Below, piece after piece: positions 36,836 through 49,707 of a stretch of 64,000 nt of DNA. The stretch is from Lama guanicoe (lineage: Eukaryota), in assembly GCA_013239625.1 (NCBI GenBank), contig MU053792.1, positions 1,134,112 to 1,198,111 of the forward strand, written 5' to 3'. The position numbers and the translations under genes are program-made. Position 1 is the stretch's first letter, and each line of letters starts with the position of its first letter. The notes beneath the pieces were generated by a model. That model had not been told where the DNA came from, did no database searches, and saw nothing but the letters and a program-made list of their open reading frames with translations.

Positions 36836-39800
36836 TATGGAAAGTCAGGCTGAACCCATGGCTGGTATAAATACACTTTCAGCTGAAGATGCCTGAGATT
36901 CAATAGATGCAAAAGAGAACCCTTCTTGGAGCTCCCCTTATCTGAATAAATGTAGAAAATTCTGAGAAATGACCAGCGCCATCAATTCCCTCATCAGTGT
37001 GGCTTCTAATCCCAGGAGAGAGACCAAGAGTAAACCTGCCATAAATCCCTTCTGCAAGGCGGTTTATGAGCCTGAAGAAGATGCAAAGATCACTCATCTG
37101 TGTACTGGCAAACATTATCACAAATGTTCTTATATCCCCTTGTTTTCCAAAGAACCCATTTGTCTTTCTGGAAGAAACCTGTAATAGAAGCCAGTTCTCG
37201 CCTCTCCCTCTGTCCTGTTAAATTAGCTTGACAAAAAGCCTTTAACTTTCACCATTGAACATGGTAGTTACTTTTCTGGTTGGCTCCTGCGTGTGTATAA
37301 ATAAACCGTTTCTCTCATTCATCTCCTCTTTACTTCTGTGGGCTCTGTGGGAGGGACTCTGGATGATGGGGACCTGCTCTTCTCTCACCTTCTTTACTGA
37401 CATCTTTTGGTTCGTGGTTAAGCTCTAAAATGGCTCATTGGTTTAGAGTCACATTTGGAACATGTATATCTTTGGAGACCCCCTGGGAGGGAAAAAGGGT
37501 TCAATACTGCTGGGAGGATTCACTGGTCATCCTGGCCAAATGCCTGATGAGACAATATTTTCAAGGTTTTTGTTTTGTTTTGTTTTGTTTTGTTTTAAGA
37601 TTTTCACCCTAAATCAAAAATCCTTTTGATACCTCTTGGATGATCTAATTGAAAGACAAAGGAGAATCACAGCTGGCCTAAGAGCACCTCCTTAACAAAG
37701 CACAGAAATCAGATTTAGAGCAAAAATTAAAATCCATTTACACCACCAACCCTCTCACCCTTTTGTAGACTGTCCTCATGTAATCTTGACAGCCCCCTGG
37801 AGAAAGTCCTCACCTAGATCGCAAATGGTCAGACCCTTTGCCTGGACCTCATGCTCATTTTCAGAGCTTGGCCCAGTGGAAGGCTGGTCCCCAGGGCCTG
37901 AGAGGGGCTATGTGTGCGGCCTTCCCTGCTGAGACCCACCAGGCTGAAAGGGAACTGTGCGCTCTGAGGGAGAGAGCGAGCACACTGAGCCTCTTTGGAA
38001 AGATCTCTGAGAGCATCCCAAAGGCACACAGCTCTAAATCTGGACACAGGAATCTTGATTGGCATCTTTGTTGGAAATCTCCTCCTTGAGAGAAAGCAGC
38101 AAATTCAGGATGGTGAAGTTGGATGGGCAGGTCAGTCTCTTGTAGTTTATCACTAAGGAGAGTATGCAGTTCTCTCAAGAATTTAAAACAATGATTCTTG
38201 CCTTACTAACCTCATCTAGAGAGAAACAAACATGGCTCTAAGAGTAATTCACAGCCCACCCACCCTTCTTGCGGATATTAGCATCTCCACTTGCTTCTCT
38301 TCTCAGGGCACTGGAGAAAGGACTGCCCTACACCTCTGACAACAGGAAATATGCCCCAGAATTTCTTCTTTTAAAAGGCTTGCATCCTACCTCATTCATT
38401 CTCTTCTGACAGCAAGAGCTGTGTTCTCCAGGTCTGAGAAGCAAGTCTTTAAATAAGAACATCCAATGAAATAACTGTAATTTGAGGGTGTCCTGCTTTT
38501 AAATGTGCTTCTTAACTCCCGTCACAAAATAGGAGACATTTAATTCTTCACCTGATAAGTGCAATGAAAACCTCTTCCCTTCTCCAATCCCTGGCTGCCA
38601 GCAACTCAACATCACAATGCTTTCTTCCTCTGCACGCCCAGCCATTGAGAGTAACTTAGTCCACTAAAATCGGCACTTGAGACTGGAAAGCAAAAGGCTA
38701 ATTATAGACAAACTGAATATCTTATCCACTCAGATTGGCTTTAAAAAAAACACCAAGATGACCACATGTCACTTCCAAAAATTTCTTTGCCCAGAATTTA
38801 GTCTACAGCCTCCATAAATATTGACATATCAGGGCAAATCTAAATTTTGAAGGTCTTCTCCACAAATACCAGTACAAACCTGTAGCTCTCACTAAGCAAG
38901 TAATCTTTCTTATTCCATCTACCAGAAGCACAATTCAGAGCCTACTGTTGTCTATAAACAGCTGATTTTTATATTACTCAGTTTTACTGACTCATGGCTG
39001 AGATTTTGGAAAGAAAGCTGTTATATGTATTTGCATTTGTATTATGCGTACTTTTTATTATGGGGGGGGGAGCCCACAATTATGAACCTATAAGGTTATG
39101 GGGAAAAGTAGTTCTCCTCCTGTACACATGCAGTGAAATACTATGGGGTCAGTTCAGAATGGAAAAAAATAAGATGTAACAGGAAGAGAAAAGACTTTGT
39201 CTTGGATGTCAAACTGGTTAAAATTCAATGAACTTATAAGTTTTGTTTGGTTGGTTTTTAATGAGCCCAATCGTGTACTGATGCAAAATCAGAACATGGC
39301 TTTTTTAAATCTCTGTTAAATTGACTAATTTTCTCAGATTGTCTCCTTTAATAAGAAATTATAAAAGATTTCTCTTTGCCCTTTGAAGAACCTGCCTAGG
39401 AAACAAGGATTATGTGTCTTAAAATAACTTCCTCTGCTTCCTGTTGTCTTTATGGTGTCTTTGATTAGAAAAGGAAGTCAAGCTTTCTCAATACTGAAAG
39501 AGCTATGTGGGTTTTTTTTTTTAACAAAATATTACCTTCTATTTTTGTCTTTTAAATCTTTTATTGTCCCTTTGGTTAAATAGATAACTAAGTATTATTT
39601 CATAGTGATCTGTGATTCTATTTAATCAAATGTTCAGAGTTTGACATTTTGGACAACTTCCTAAAATCAATTCCAAAATAAAGTTTTATTGACTTTGAAC
39701 TGACTGAGATTGCCCAGAGGGCTCCTGGAAAATCTCAAAAGATTTGTTCTCTCACCTGGTAAAAAGAGAGATGTTAAACAAATTAAGTTTCCATGCTGTG

Positions 39801-40620
39801 CTAAATTATGTCAAATCAGAAGTGATGTTTATGAAGGAGGAAGATGGTGGTGGAGTTGCACATTACCCACGAGGAAATTAAAATGGAGCCAGAGAAAGCG
39901 ATCCATCAAGAGATGATGTGCCCACTGTGGCTGTGTGTCCTCGCCACCAATGATGGCTCCCACCACAGAACGGACAAGTTCTCCTGCTGACACGTACAAT
40001 CCAGTGAGCTACAGACCTACACTTGGTTGAATGCAACCTTGAAAGAACTGACTAGTTTAGTTACCCAGGAGCTAGAAAGGGCACACTGTTCACTTTTGCA
40101 ATTGTTTTATGGAACTCAAAAGACTCAGCTATCAAGGAGACTGGCAGCACCATGTCTGGGATGACTCCATAACCCTGTGGTCTCAGAAGTTCCAAATAGG
40201 AGATCACTTTGACATAACCTTCAGTCATTAGTCACCTTTCTAATCGGGCACCACCACCTTCTGACCACATGAGATCCTACTGTATTTTATTTACAATTTC
40301 TTGGGAAAAAAGAAGCAATGATTAACCTTTAGTTTATGTCTTTGTGGATATATGTTATTAGTATATGGTTCTAAAGTTGTATGAAACTCTGAGAAATTTG
40401 TCAATGTCTTTGCTGTTCATGATAACGTCCTGTTATAACGCTATTAGTCGTAATTCTAGTTATTATGCCAAAATGTTACATCACAGAAACAACAAAATTT
40501 CCTTGGCAATTGCATTAAAGTGAGTTCTCCTCAGGTCTTTAACTCTGACCGTCTTAAGCCTCTTGTCATTCAGTTATTCATTTACTCTGATGCTCTCTGA
40601 AAGCTCTTACAGTCAGCAGC
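36836..40620 (+). mobile_element. Degenerate ERV1-like element: LTR (~36836-37402) plus non-coding internal remnant
   Basis: LTR-like block with AATAAA at ~37300, ending ..actgaca then tctttgg. Followed by AT-rich sequence resembling MER4-group internal regions. No gag/pol ORF and no 3' LTR recognised. Confidence 0.5.
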
Positions 40621-43600
40621 AAGCCAACGTGCTTCATCACCCATAAGAAATACATAATTCTGACTCTAAGCCCATCCTCCCTTTCTGAAAGTCATCTGTC
40701 CAAAAGAGTTCCTAATTCTCACCAGAGAGGACAATAAAGGCACTTATGGAGGGCAGGGGCTTTGATTGGACCATTTCTAAGATTTCCAATTTGCTGCCTT
40801 CAGCCTGATCCAGGGGATATCAATTATTTTGCCACAAATATATTTTACAATTGACCATTTACAGAAGGAAGCCTTTGGGCTTCTTACCACTGGAGCAAAG
40901 AGCCAGGCTGACCACATAGCTCTCTGCACAGTGGCCAGCTGGTCGGTCGGGGCAGCCTGGTTCTGTGAAATGGCGGGGGGGGGGGTCCTTCCTGCTGGAG
41001 ATGTTCTGATTCAGAGCGCTCATGGTCCCCCTCCTCTCGCTGGGAAATGGAGGCTTTTTGCAGAAGATGTAACAAAGGTAGTGGAGAGCACCATCTGGAC
41101 CCACTGACCCGAGTCGCACGTCTGATGTGAAAGGAGAAACAGCACATGCTCTGTCATCTACTTCTTCATTCAAAAAACACTGAACGTTACCAACAGTCTT
41201 GTGTCAAGCCCAGAAATGGCAGTCTGCTTACTTTTAATCCGTGTCTGTCTTATTCCCAAAAGTCCTCTGAATTTCAAGCCTCTGTTTTATGGGGGAGGGG
41301 GGACTCAAGGCCCAAAGTGGGTGGGACTTACCTAAACATCACACAGCACGGAGGGGCGGTGGCCTCCAGAGCTGCTGTCACCGAGTCAGGTCTGAGTGTC
41401 CGCAGCCAGCGCAGCGTGCTTGTGGAGGCCCGTCAGCGCGAGAACTGGCCCTGCCGCGCAGCCGCCAGCACACGCACAGTGACAGGACTTTCCTCAGCCT
41501 TACCCACTGGCGGGTTCTGGGTGGCAGGAAGCAGCAGTGTCCATGGAGATGTGGATTCTGGTTTTGATGTGTCTTTTGTTTGGAGTCTGGAGTTCCACAT
41601 CTGAAATCAGAGGACAATGCTTGTCCTTCCTGGTTCCCTGTTGCCTTCCACTGACCTTCATCCTGGAGGGCCCTGCCTGCTGCCCTGCCACACTCCCCAC
41701 TCGGCCCCAGTGCCTCCCTGGTGTCCTTCACATCTGGTGTCCCCTTAGCCTGGCTCGGCCATCCTGCTGAAGGAACATGTTATTCATTGAACACTTCCCT
41801 GAACATGTGTTTATCCCATGATGGCTGTGTTTAGATGCCCTGCAGGCTTCAGGAATTCAGTTGGGAGTGTGGGAATTTACCCAGGGGCTCCAGGCACTCA
41901 TCCAGGGGCTTAGTATTCTGAGAACTGAAGGAGGAGCAGGCATTTTGTAGGCCATGTGAGGGGCGAGAGTTGTGCAAAGGCCCTGAGGTGGCCAGAGGGA
42001 GGCACTGTAAAAACTCCATGTGAGTTCAGGATGGGGACGGTAGCCATTCAGCCCACTGACTCAACCGAATTCTGCCCTTTCCCACCCAACTGCCTTCCTG
42101 GGCTGACTACACTCAGAGGGCTTGAGTCTGAATCCTGGCCTGTCACTGCTTTTTGCTGTGTGACCTGGGCCAATGGCTTCCCCTCATGAAGCCTCAATTC
42201 TCTCATCTGTGAAACAGGGGAGAGGCTGTGAAAACTAGGAGAAACCCACAAGGTTTTGGGGAAGTCTAGATGGATATGTGTAATGCATCTGAAATGCCAC
42301 TGTGATAAATACTCAGTGAGTGTGCGCTTCTATTTCCTCCTGTTAGAACTATTATTATTCCTTTAGTTCAAAGCTAATATGATAGAAACAGCAGAGGCTA
42401 GAGGGTAAGGTCACAGGCTTTGTCATTAAGCTTGGGAGTCAAGTAACCGCCAGCTCCTCCACCTGCCTGCTGTGTGACTTTGAGCAAGTTGCTTAACTTC
42501 TCTGAACTGCGTTTTCCTTACCTACAAAGTGAGGGGGCTAATTCTAAGAGAGCCTTCATATATGTGCTCGTGTGTATTGGCATAAGGATGGACTGCACAC
42601 GTGAAACCGCTCGCCCTGGTTGTTCTGGGACAGTGGACGTGGAGCCGGATGGACAGGGAGAGAAGCAGGCATGGGGAGACTGTGAACTTGCTCCTTGCAC
42701 ACCTCTATTCTACTAGATTTGCTCCAAGGAGCATGCATTCCTTTTGTAATCACAACAAAGAAGCCCCAGAGAGTGGAAAGGTTAAATGAAATAAAGGTAC
42801 TAGCTTCCTCCTAGGGTGCAGTGAGGTTTAAATGAGTTAATGCCTGTAAACTGATCAGAACGTGGTCTGGTGTGTGGGAAGTGCTCGGTAATGATAGTTG
42901 CTATAGTAATAATAATTTTATTACCATCGCTGTTACTTTTCAAGCAGCTCTGCAGAATCATTAGCATCTGTCACGTAACTCTGAGGGAAATGAGGGTCCT
43001 CTTTAATACTAGGGGTATGGGGTACCAGGAGGCCCAGAATGCTGAGAGCCCTCTGGTCCAGGTAGGAAGGTGAGAAGCCCTGAGCAGTTCTGCGCAGATA
43101 TGTGCCCTTAATCTTGTGAACGGAACGCCCTTCAAAGCCTGAGGAGGCCTGAGGGACAGAGAGGGAGTGGCTGAATTGAAACTAAGCCAGAGCAAAGCAC
43201 TGGAGCCTGCCACTGCGACCCCCGGCCCTCCTTCAGCCCGGACAGGTGACAGGGCAGGAGACGGGCCCGCACACCAACAGGTGGGATTGCTCCTGCGGGC
43301 CCCCGGGTGGCTAGGTGGGGGGCTGCTCATGGGCTTCTCCCTGCCTGCAGGCTGAGGCCCCCGAGCACCGGCCCAGGGAGAAGCAGGAGGACTTGGTTGT
43401 ACTCTTATGATGAACAAGGCCTTCAAAAAGCATGTAAGCATTTTGCAGAATGGGTCTCTGTAGACATTGTTTGCATAACAAGTGCCCAAATTATCAAAAA
43501 CAGGGAAGAAACTGCACATGAGGACAAGCAGAGATTTCCTAGAAGCACAGGCCCTTCCGCACCTATTTCAAGTTTATGACAGCGCCTATGTGTGAGGGGC

Positions 43601-46600
43601 TCTGGGGAGGTGATGGGGAGGAAGCGGGGAACAGCCTTGGGCTGTTCAGGGGACGGGGCTGATCCACACCTGTGGGGCCTAAAGCAGAGAACCTATTCAG
43701 CTTTGGTTGGTGCTTAAAAAACAAGATGAGAACCCAGAATTTTGTGTTGGATCTAAGAAGGGGCTGGACAAGTGAGGGCCCTGTGGTTTTAGCCTTTGTA
43801 GCTTCCCAGGAAACCTGCCTTTGGTGAAGAGTCAAGCTCAGGGTTTTCATAAGAAAACCTCTGCCATCATGTCTGCTCTGTCCCAGTAGGCAGTGTGCCC
43901 TTGACCCGGTCACCTCTCCCCTAGTGTGTGACCTTGACCTGGCTACCGCTCTGGACTCCCACGACACTGTGGTGCATCTGAAGGCCGTGTACATGTGCAA
44001 GAAAAAGAAAGCAACACTGAGGACTTCCTCCCCAGGGAGAGAAGAAAGGTGTGAGGTTTATCAGAGACTGGACTGTATTTAAATGCTCTCATGACTCACA
44101 TTCACTTAGGCTACTTACTACCTGCCTAACACCTCTTCTATTTTTATCACTTCAAAGCTAACTGCATATCATGCAAAGATACCAGTAATGTGGAACCCCC
44201 CCATCTGACTGGAGTAGTCCTCCCCTCTGTGGGCTGCAATTCCTCAACCCCCCCATGACCCCCAATATTCTGGCCTGGACTGCGTGGGCCCACACGCCAA
44301 TGGGTGCGTGTGTGTGTGTGTGAGCAGGCACACTCTTGGGGTCTCTCTTTCTGGAGCCCTCTTCCCTCCTTGGTTTGTGCTGAACACACTGACACAAAGA
44401 CGCCTCAGTGTCCAAGCTGGTACCTTGCTTTGATGGCTTTAGTCCTAGCTCGACTGTGGTCCACCCCCATCAAAATCAAGTCAGCTTCAAGTCCAGCTTG
44501 ACCCAGGGTCTCATATTATGCTAACAGGAGTTACCTTAGCACTGCTTTCCATGTTGGCCTCGCTCTTTGGTCAGTTAGCTGCATGTAGTGACCCTGGCAG
44601 CCCTCCAGAGGGGAGAGAGCTTCTCATCCACAGTCGTTCTGTTTCAAGTCCAGGCACGGGTTCCAGGGAGCAGGTTACATGTAACCTCGAGCAGGTTACT
44701 GAAATGAAAAGGATGAAATCTGTTGATTGGCCAGATCTGGGTTATATGCCCATCTTTTAATTCTGGTATTATAGAGAGTTAACGTCCCCCAAACCACATG
44801 GACTGAAAAAGGCTGGGGTTGGGGAAGGGAGTGCTTCACAGAAAAAAAAAAAAAAGACAATTGGCAAAAGCTGAGGAGACAGAGGGCAGGCAGGAATAGC
44901 CATCACAGGTGTCCATCCCCCCACCCAGGGCAGGGGAACATCCTGGGAACTGAAGGGGTAAGTTCACCTCACACCTAGTGGGACACCCAGCTCAGAACCC
45001 TTAAGAACCACACATACATCAGGGGCTGCGGAGCCTGGAGCTGAGAGCCAAATGGGACAGGGCCTGAGGCAAGAAAAGCAGAAGCAAGCACGTCCTTCCT
45101 GCTGGGGCTGAGGCCTGGGAGGCTGAGGTCTGGGCAAGGGCACCGGTGCCCAGGGGTGTGTCAGCATGGAGGACAGACCCTGCCAGGAAAGATCGGGCAG
45201 GATGAGGGCCTGTGGGATGTTCTCTGGGGAGACTGTTAGAAATGCAGCATCTCGGTCCCCACCCCGGACCTCCTGCAGCAGAATCTGAATTTTATTCAGA
45301 TCCCCAGATGATTCACGTGTTCTGTTCATCCAAAGGCTCATCTCTTGGCTCTCAGCGCTCACATTCAGGGGTGGTGGGGCTTAGGGCTTCAGTCAGACTT
45401 TCTGCAGTACAGTGTGGCCGTGTGTGTGAAGGAGCCTTAGACACATTCATAATCTTTAATGGAGCCAATATTTCTATTTCTGAGACTGTTTCTGAACAAA
45501 ATCACCAGGTGCAGGGACAGAGAATGTTATGAATGGAGATGTTCATTGCAGTAGTATTTATAATCAGAAACTACTGCATACCCACAAATAGGAAAGGGTG
45601 AGGTAAAATATGGCATCTTATACATTGGCTGTTATGTTACTGTTTGCAAAACTGTTTTTAAAGAAATCTACAGGGAATGGGCAGGAAATATAAACAAGGC
45701 AGACACAGCGTCTGTCCTCTTGCAGCTGACATTCTATGGGGAAAACAGACAATAAGCAAGTGAACCAATGAGAAGATTCCAGATTGTGACAAGGACACAG
45801 AAGGAACAGTGGGTTAACGTGGTTGAGAATCATAAGTGGGTGTGGGGACCATTACTTAGATGGGGAAACAGGGAGAGCCTGTCCTAGGAGCTGGCATTAA
45901 AGTGAAATTCACAAGGTGCAAGGGAGCCAGCTAAGTGAACAGCCAGGAAAAGATGCTGCAGGCAAACAGGAATTACCAGGACGCTGGGGTTGAGGAGCTT
46001 GGCTGTATGAGGGACGTAAATGGAAAGTGTGTGGCTGGAGCAGGATAAGCAAGCCAGAAAGAAGCTGGAAGGTGAGAGGGCTGGAGAAGTGAGCCTGGCC
46101 AGATCCCTCAGGCCGTGTGGGCCGTGAGTGAAGTTTGGGTTTTGTTCTAAGGCTGGAGTGTTACAGTGTGCATGGAGAGGGTGAGTGATGTCAGTAAGAT
46201 GGCAGAATAGGAGGTCCCAGCCCTCATTCCCCCATAACAACAATCTGACAAACATCTACAGACAAAAATACCCTTGTGAGAGCCCTGGAGTCCAGTTGGA
46301 AGGTTCCAGCACCCCAGTGGACCGCAAAATGCAAGATGAGCCACACTGAAAGAGTAGAGAGCAGTGTCACTTTAATTGCATCATGCCTCCCCCAGGCTGG
46401 CAAAACTCAGAGCCAAGAGAGATGCCCCAGCCCACGGCTTCTCCTGCAGGATAAAGAAAGGCCAGGCGAGGGTCTGGCTCCCCAGCCTTTTGGGACAATG
46501 TCTAAAAGCTCTGCTTATCTTGATGCACCCAGAACACTGAAGGAATCAGTATGTACAGAGCAGCTAAAAACAAAGAAAATGATGGAGGCTCATGGAAATA

Positions 46601-48583
46601 GGCATACACACCCCCAGAGCTGCAATTTCCCACAGAATGTGACCCACACACTCCTAGAGATGATATACAACCCTTAGCAGCCAGCCCAGTTCTTGGCAAC
46701 TAACTTGAACCCATTGTCTTGCATCTCAGGATACTGCCATATGGAAAGGGGCAGGTGACTCTTGGCGCTCGACATAGCTGTGTAGAATAGGGAAGATGCA
46801 CAAAATTCTAAGACATGCCCTTCAGAAGGGAGGGAGGGAAGTGGTGCTTGCATATTAACAACCTGGCCTAGCAGGGCACTGCCCTAGGGAAAAGGAGCAG
46901 GCAGCTCTCAGCACCTTACACAGCTCTGTGGGGTTAGGAGAAGGCACACAGTCCTAAGACTAGCTCCCCAAGGAGGGAGTGAGAGGAGCAGAGTGGGCAT
47001 ATCTATAGAAATAGTTTGATAAATCACCAGAATTTCTAGCTGAGCTGTCTGGTGAAGGTCTTTCCCTTCCAAAGCCAGTACACAAAGACTGGAAAGGGTG
47101 ATTATTTCTTCAAATGTGCAGACATCAACACAGGTTGAAAAGATCACACAGAATCAAGGAAACATGGTATCAGCAAAGAAACAAAACAAAATCCCAGTAA
47201 CTGACCCCCCGAAATGGACATCTATGAATTGCCTGACAATGAATTCAAAGTCATCATCTTAAAGAAGCTCCCTGAGCTATAAGAGAATGCAGACAGGCAA
47301 CTAGACAAAAATCAGAAAAGTAACACATGGTCATAATGAGAAGTTCAACAAAGAGAAAGAAATCATAAAAATAAAGAAAGAAATAAATAACCAAAATGTA
47401 AATTCTGGAGCAAAGAATACAATGACTGCACTGAAAAATTTAATAGAGGGCTTCAACAGCAGACTTGACCAAGCAGAAGAATCAGCAGACTTGAAGCCAG
47501 GCTATTTGAAATGCTCTGTTCACAGGAGCAAAAGTAAGAAGGAATGAAAAAGAGTGAACAAAGTCTATGGGACTTAAAAGACACAGTCAAGAAAAATGAT
47601 AATGGGAGTTTCAGAAGAAGAAGAGAAAAGAGAAGAAAGCTTATTTTAAAAAATAATGGCTCATTTTTTCCCAAATCTGGGAAAGGAAAAGAACATCTAT
47701 ATGTATAAATCACAAAAAGACCCCGAATAGGTTGAATCTAAAAGAGGTCTACACTGAGACACCTTAAAATTAAATTGTCAAAAGTTTAAAAAGGGAAATT
47801 TGAGAACAGCAAAAGAAAAGCGACTCATCACATACAATGGCTCTCCATGAAGATTATCAGCAGAAATTTTAGCAGAATCCTGAAGGCCAGGAGAGAATGG
47901 GATGATATATTCAGAATGCTGAAAGAAAAAATCTGCCAACCAAGAATACTACACCTGGCTAGACTGTCCTGTGACCTGGAGAGATAGACTTTCCCAGACA
48001 AACAAACAGTGAGAGTTTGTTTCCATTAGGCCTGCTGAACAAGGAGTGCTAAAGGGGGTTTGCAAGTTCAAACAAAAGGACATTAAGCAGTAGCACAAAA
48101 GCAGAAGGAAGTATAAATACTCCTGGTAAAGTGAATATATAGACAAATGCAGAACAGTGCGATGCTCTAATGGTAGTGTACAAATCATGTTTAACCCTGA
48201 TCGATAACTGAAAAGTCAAAAGTATTAAGAATAACTATAATTACAATAATCAATTAATAATTCCTTTACATGTAAAATGGATTAAACTCACTAATCAAAA
48301 GAAAATGAGTGACTGAATGGATAAAACAACAATCTACAACCTCACGCTATCCATAAGAGACTCATCTTAGATTTGAGAACACCCAAAGGTTAAAAGTAAA
48401 GAGACAGAAAAAGATAGTCCATGCAAATGGTAACCAAAAGAGAGCAGGAGTGGCTATACTTACAGGAGATAAAATAGACTTAAAAGTTTTTAAAATGCTC
48501 CTTGAGATAAAGAAGATAATTATATAAAGACAAAAGAGTTTATCCAACAAGAAGATATAACAATTATAAATATATGTGCACCT

Positions 48584-49140
48584 ATTCCATTCCTCCTGGG
48601 TATATATCTGGAAAAAAAACAAAACAATCAATTTGAAAAGATACATACATACATACCAATGTTCACAGCAGTATTATTTATAATTGCCAAGATATAGAAG
48701 CAACCTAAGTGTCCATCAACAGATGAATGGATAAAGAAGATATAGTGTCTATTTATACACAAAGCAATACTACTCAGCCATAAAATACACTGAAATGTTG
48801 CCATTTGCCGCAACATAGATGGATTTGTAGGGCCTTGTGCTGAGTGAAATAAGTCAGACAAATTCTGTAGGATATCACTTACATATGGAATCTAAAAAAC
48901 AAAACAAACTAGAGAATATAATAAAAAATGTAGACTCACAGATATAGAAAACAAATGGATGGTTACCAGTGGAGGGGAGGGGAATTTGGGGGTGTGAGAA
49001 TGGGGGGTACAAACTACTGGTTGTAAGACAGGCTCAAGGATGTCTTATACAACATGGGGAACATAGCCAATATTTTTTAGTAACTGTAAATGGAAAATAA
49101 CCTTTAAAATTGTATAAAATGTTTTTAAACATAAAAATAT
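48584..49140 (+). mobile_element. Younger L1 3' end nested in the older L1
   Basis: attccattcctcctgggtatatatc..caacctaagtgtccatcaacagatgaatggataaagaa interrupts ORF2 at aaatatatgtgcacc, which resumes at ~49150. Confidence 0.8.
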
Positions 49141-49553
49141 ATACATATGCACCCACCACCAGAGCCCCTAAGTATAGACAGCAGACACCTACAGATCTAA
49201 AGGGAGAAACAGCCATGCAGTAACAGCAGGAGACTTGACTACACTTCCAATAATGGGTGGAACATCCAGACAAAAGTTAATAAGGAAAGGGCAGAGTTGA
49301 ACACCACTATAAACCAATGGGCCAAACAGATACACATCGAACATCCAATAGCAGCACAATGCACTTTCTCCTCAAGCACACATGGATTCTCCAGGATAAA
49401 TCACATTAGAGACCACAAAACAAGCCTTGACAAATTTAAGAAAACTGAAATCATTCCAAATGTCTTTTCTGACCACAATGGAATGATATTTCAGGTCAAT
49501 AACAGAAGGAAAATGGGGAAATCCACAAATACTGCAAATTAAACAACACACTC

Positions 49554-49707
49554 TTTTTTAAAACTCCTTTTTAAAAAATCATTTTTAGGGGTAGTTAATT
49601 AAATTTATTCATTTATTTTAATTTTTTAAATGGAAGTACTGGAGATTGAACCCAGGGCCTTGAGCATGCGAAGCACATGCTCTACTACCGAGCTATACCC
49701 TTCCCTG
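49554..49707 (-). mobile_element. Vic-1-type tRNA-derived SINE
   Basis: Reverse complement of the 18035 element (tggaagtactggagattgaacccagggcc..ctctactaccgagctataccc). TSD TAAACAACACA on both sides. Confidence 0.85.

Noticed and set aside
37403..37425. Primer-binding site after the putative LTR
   Set aside because: tcttttggttcgtggtt is in the expected position but could not be matched confidently to any tRNA 3' end.
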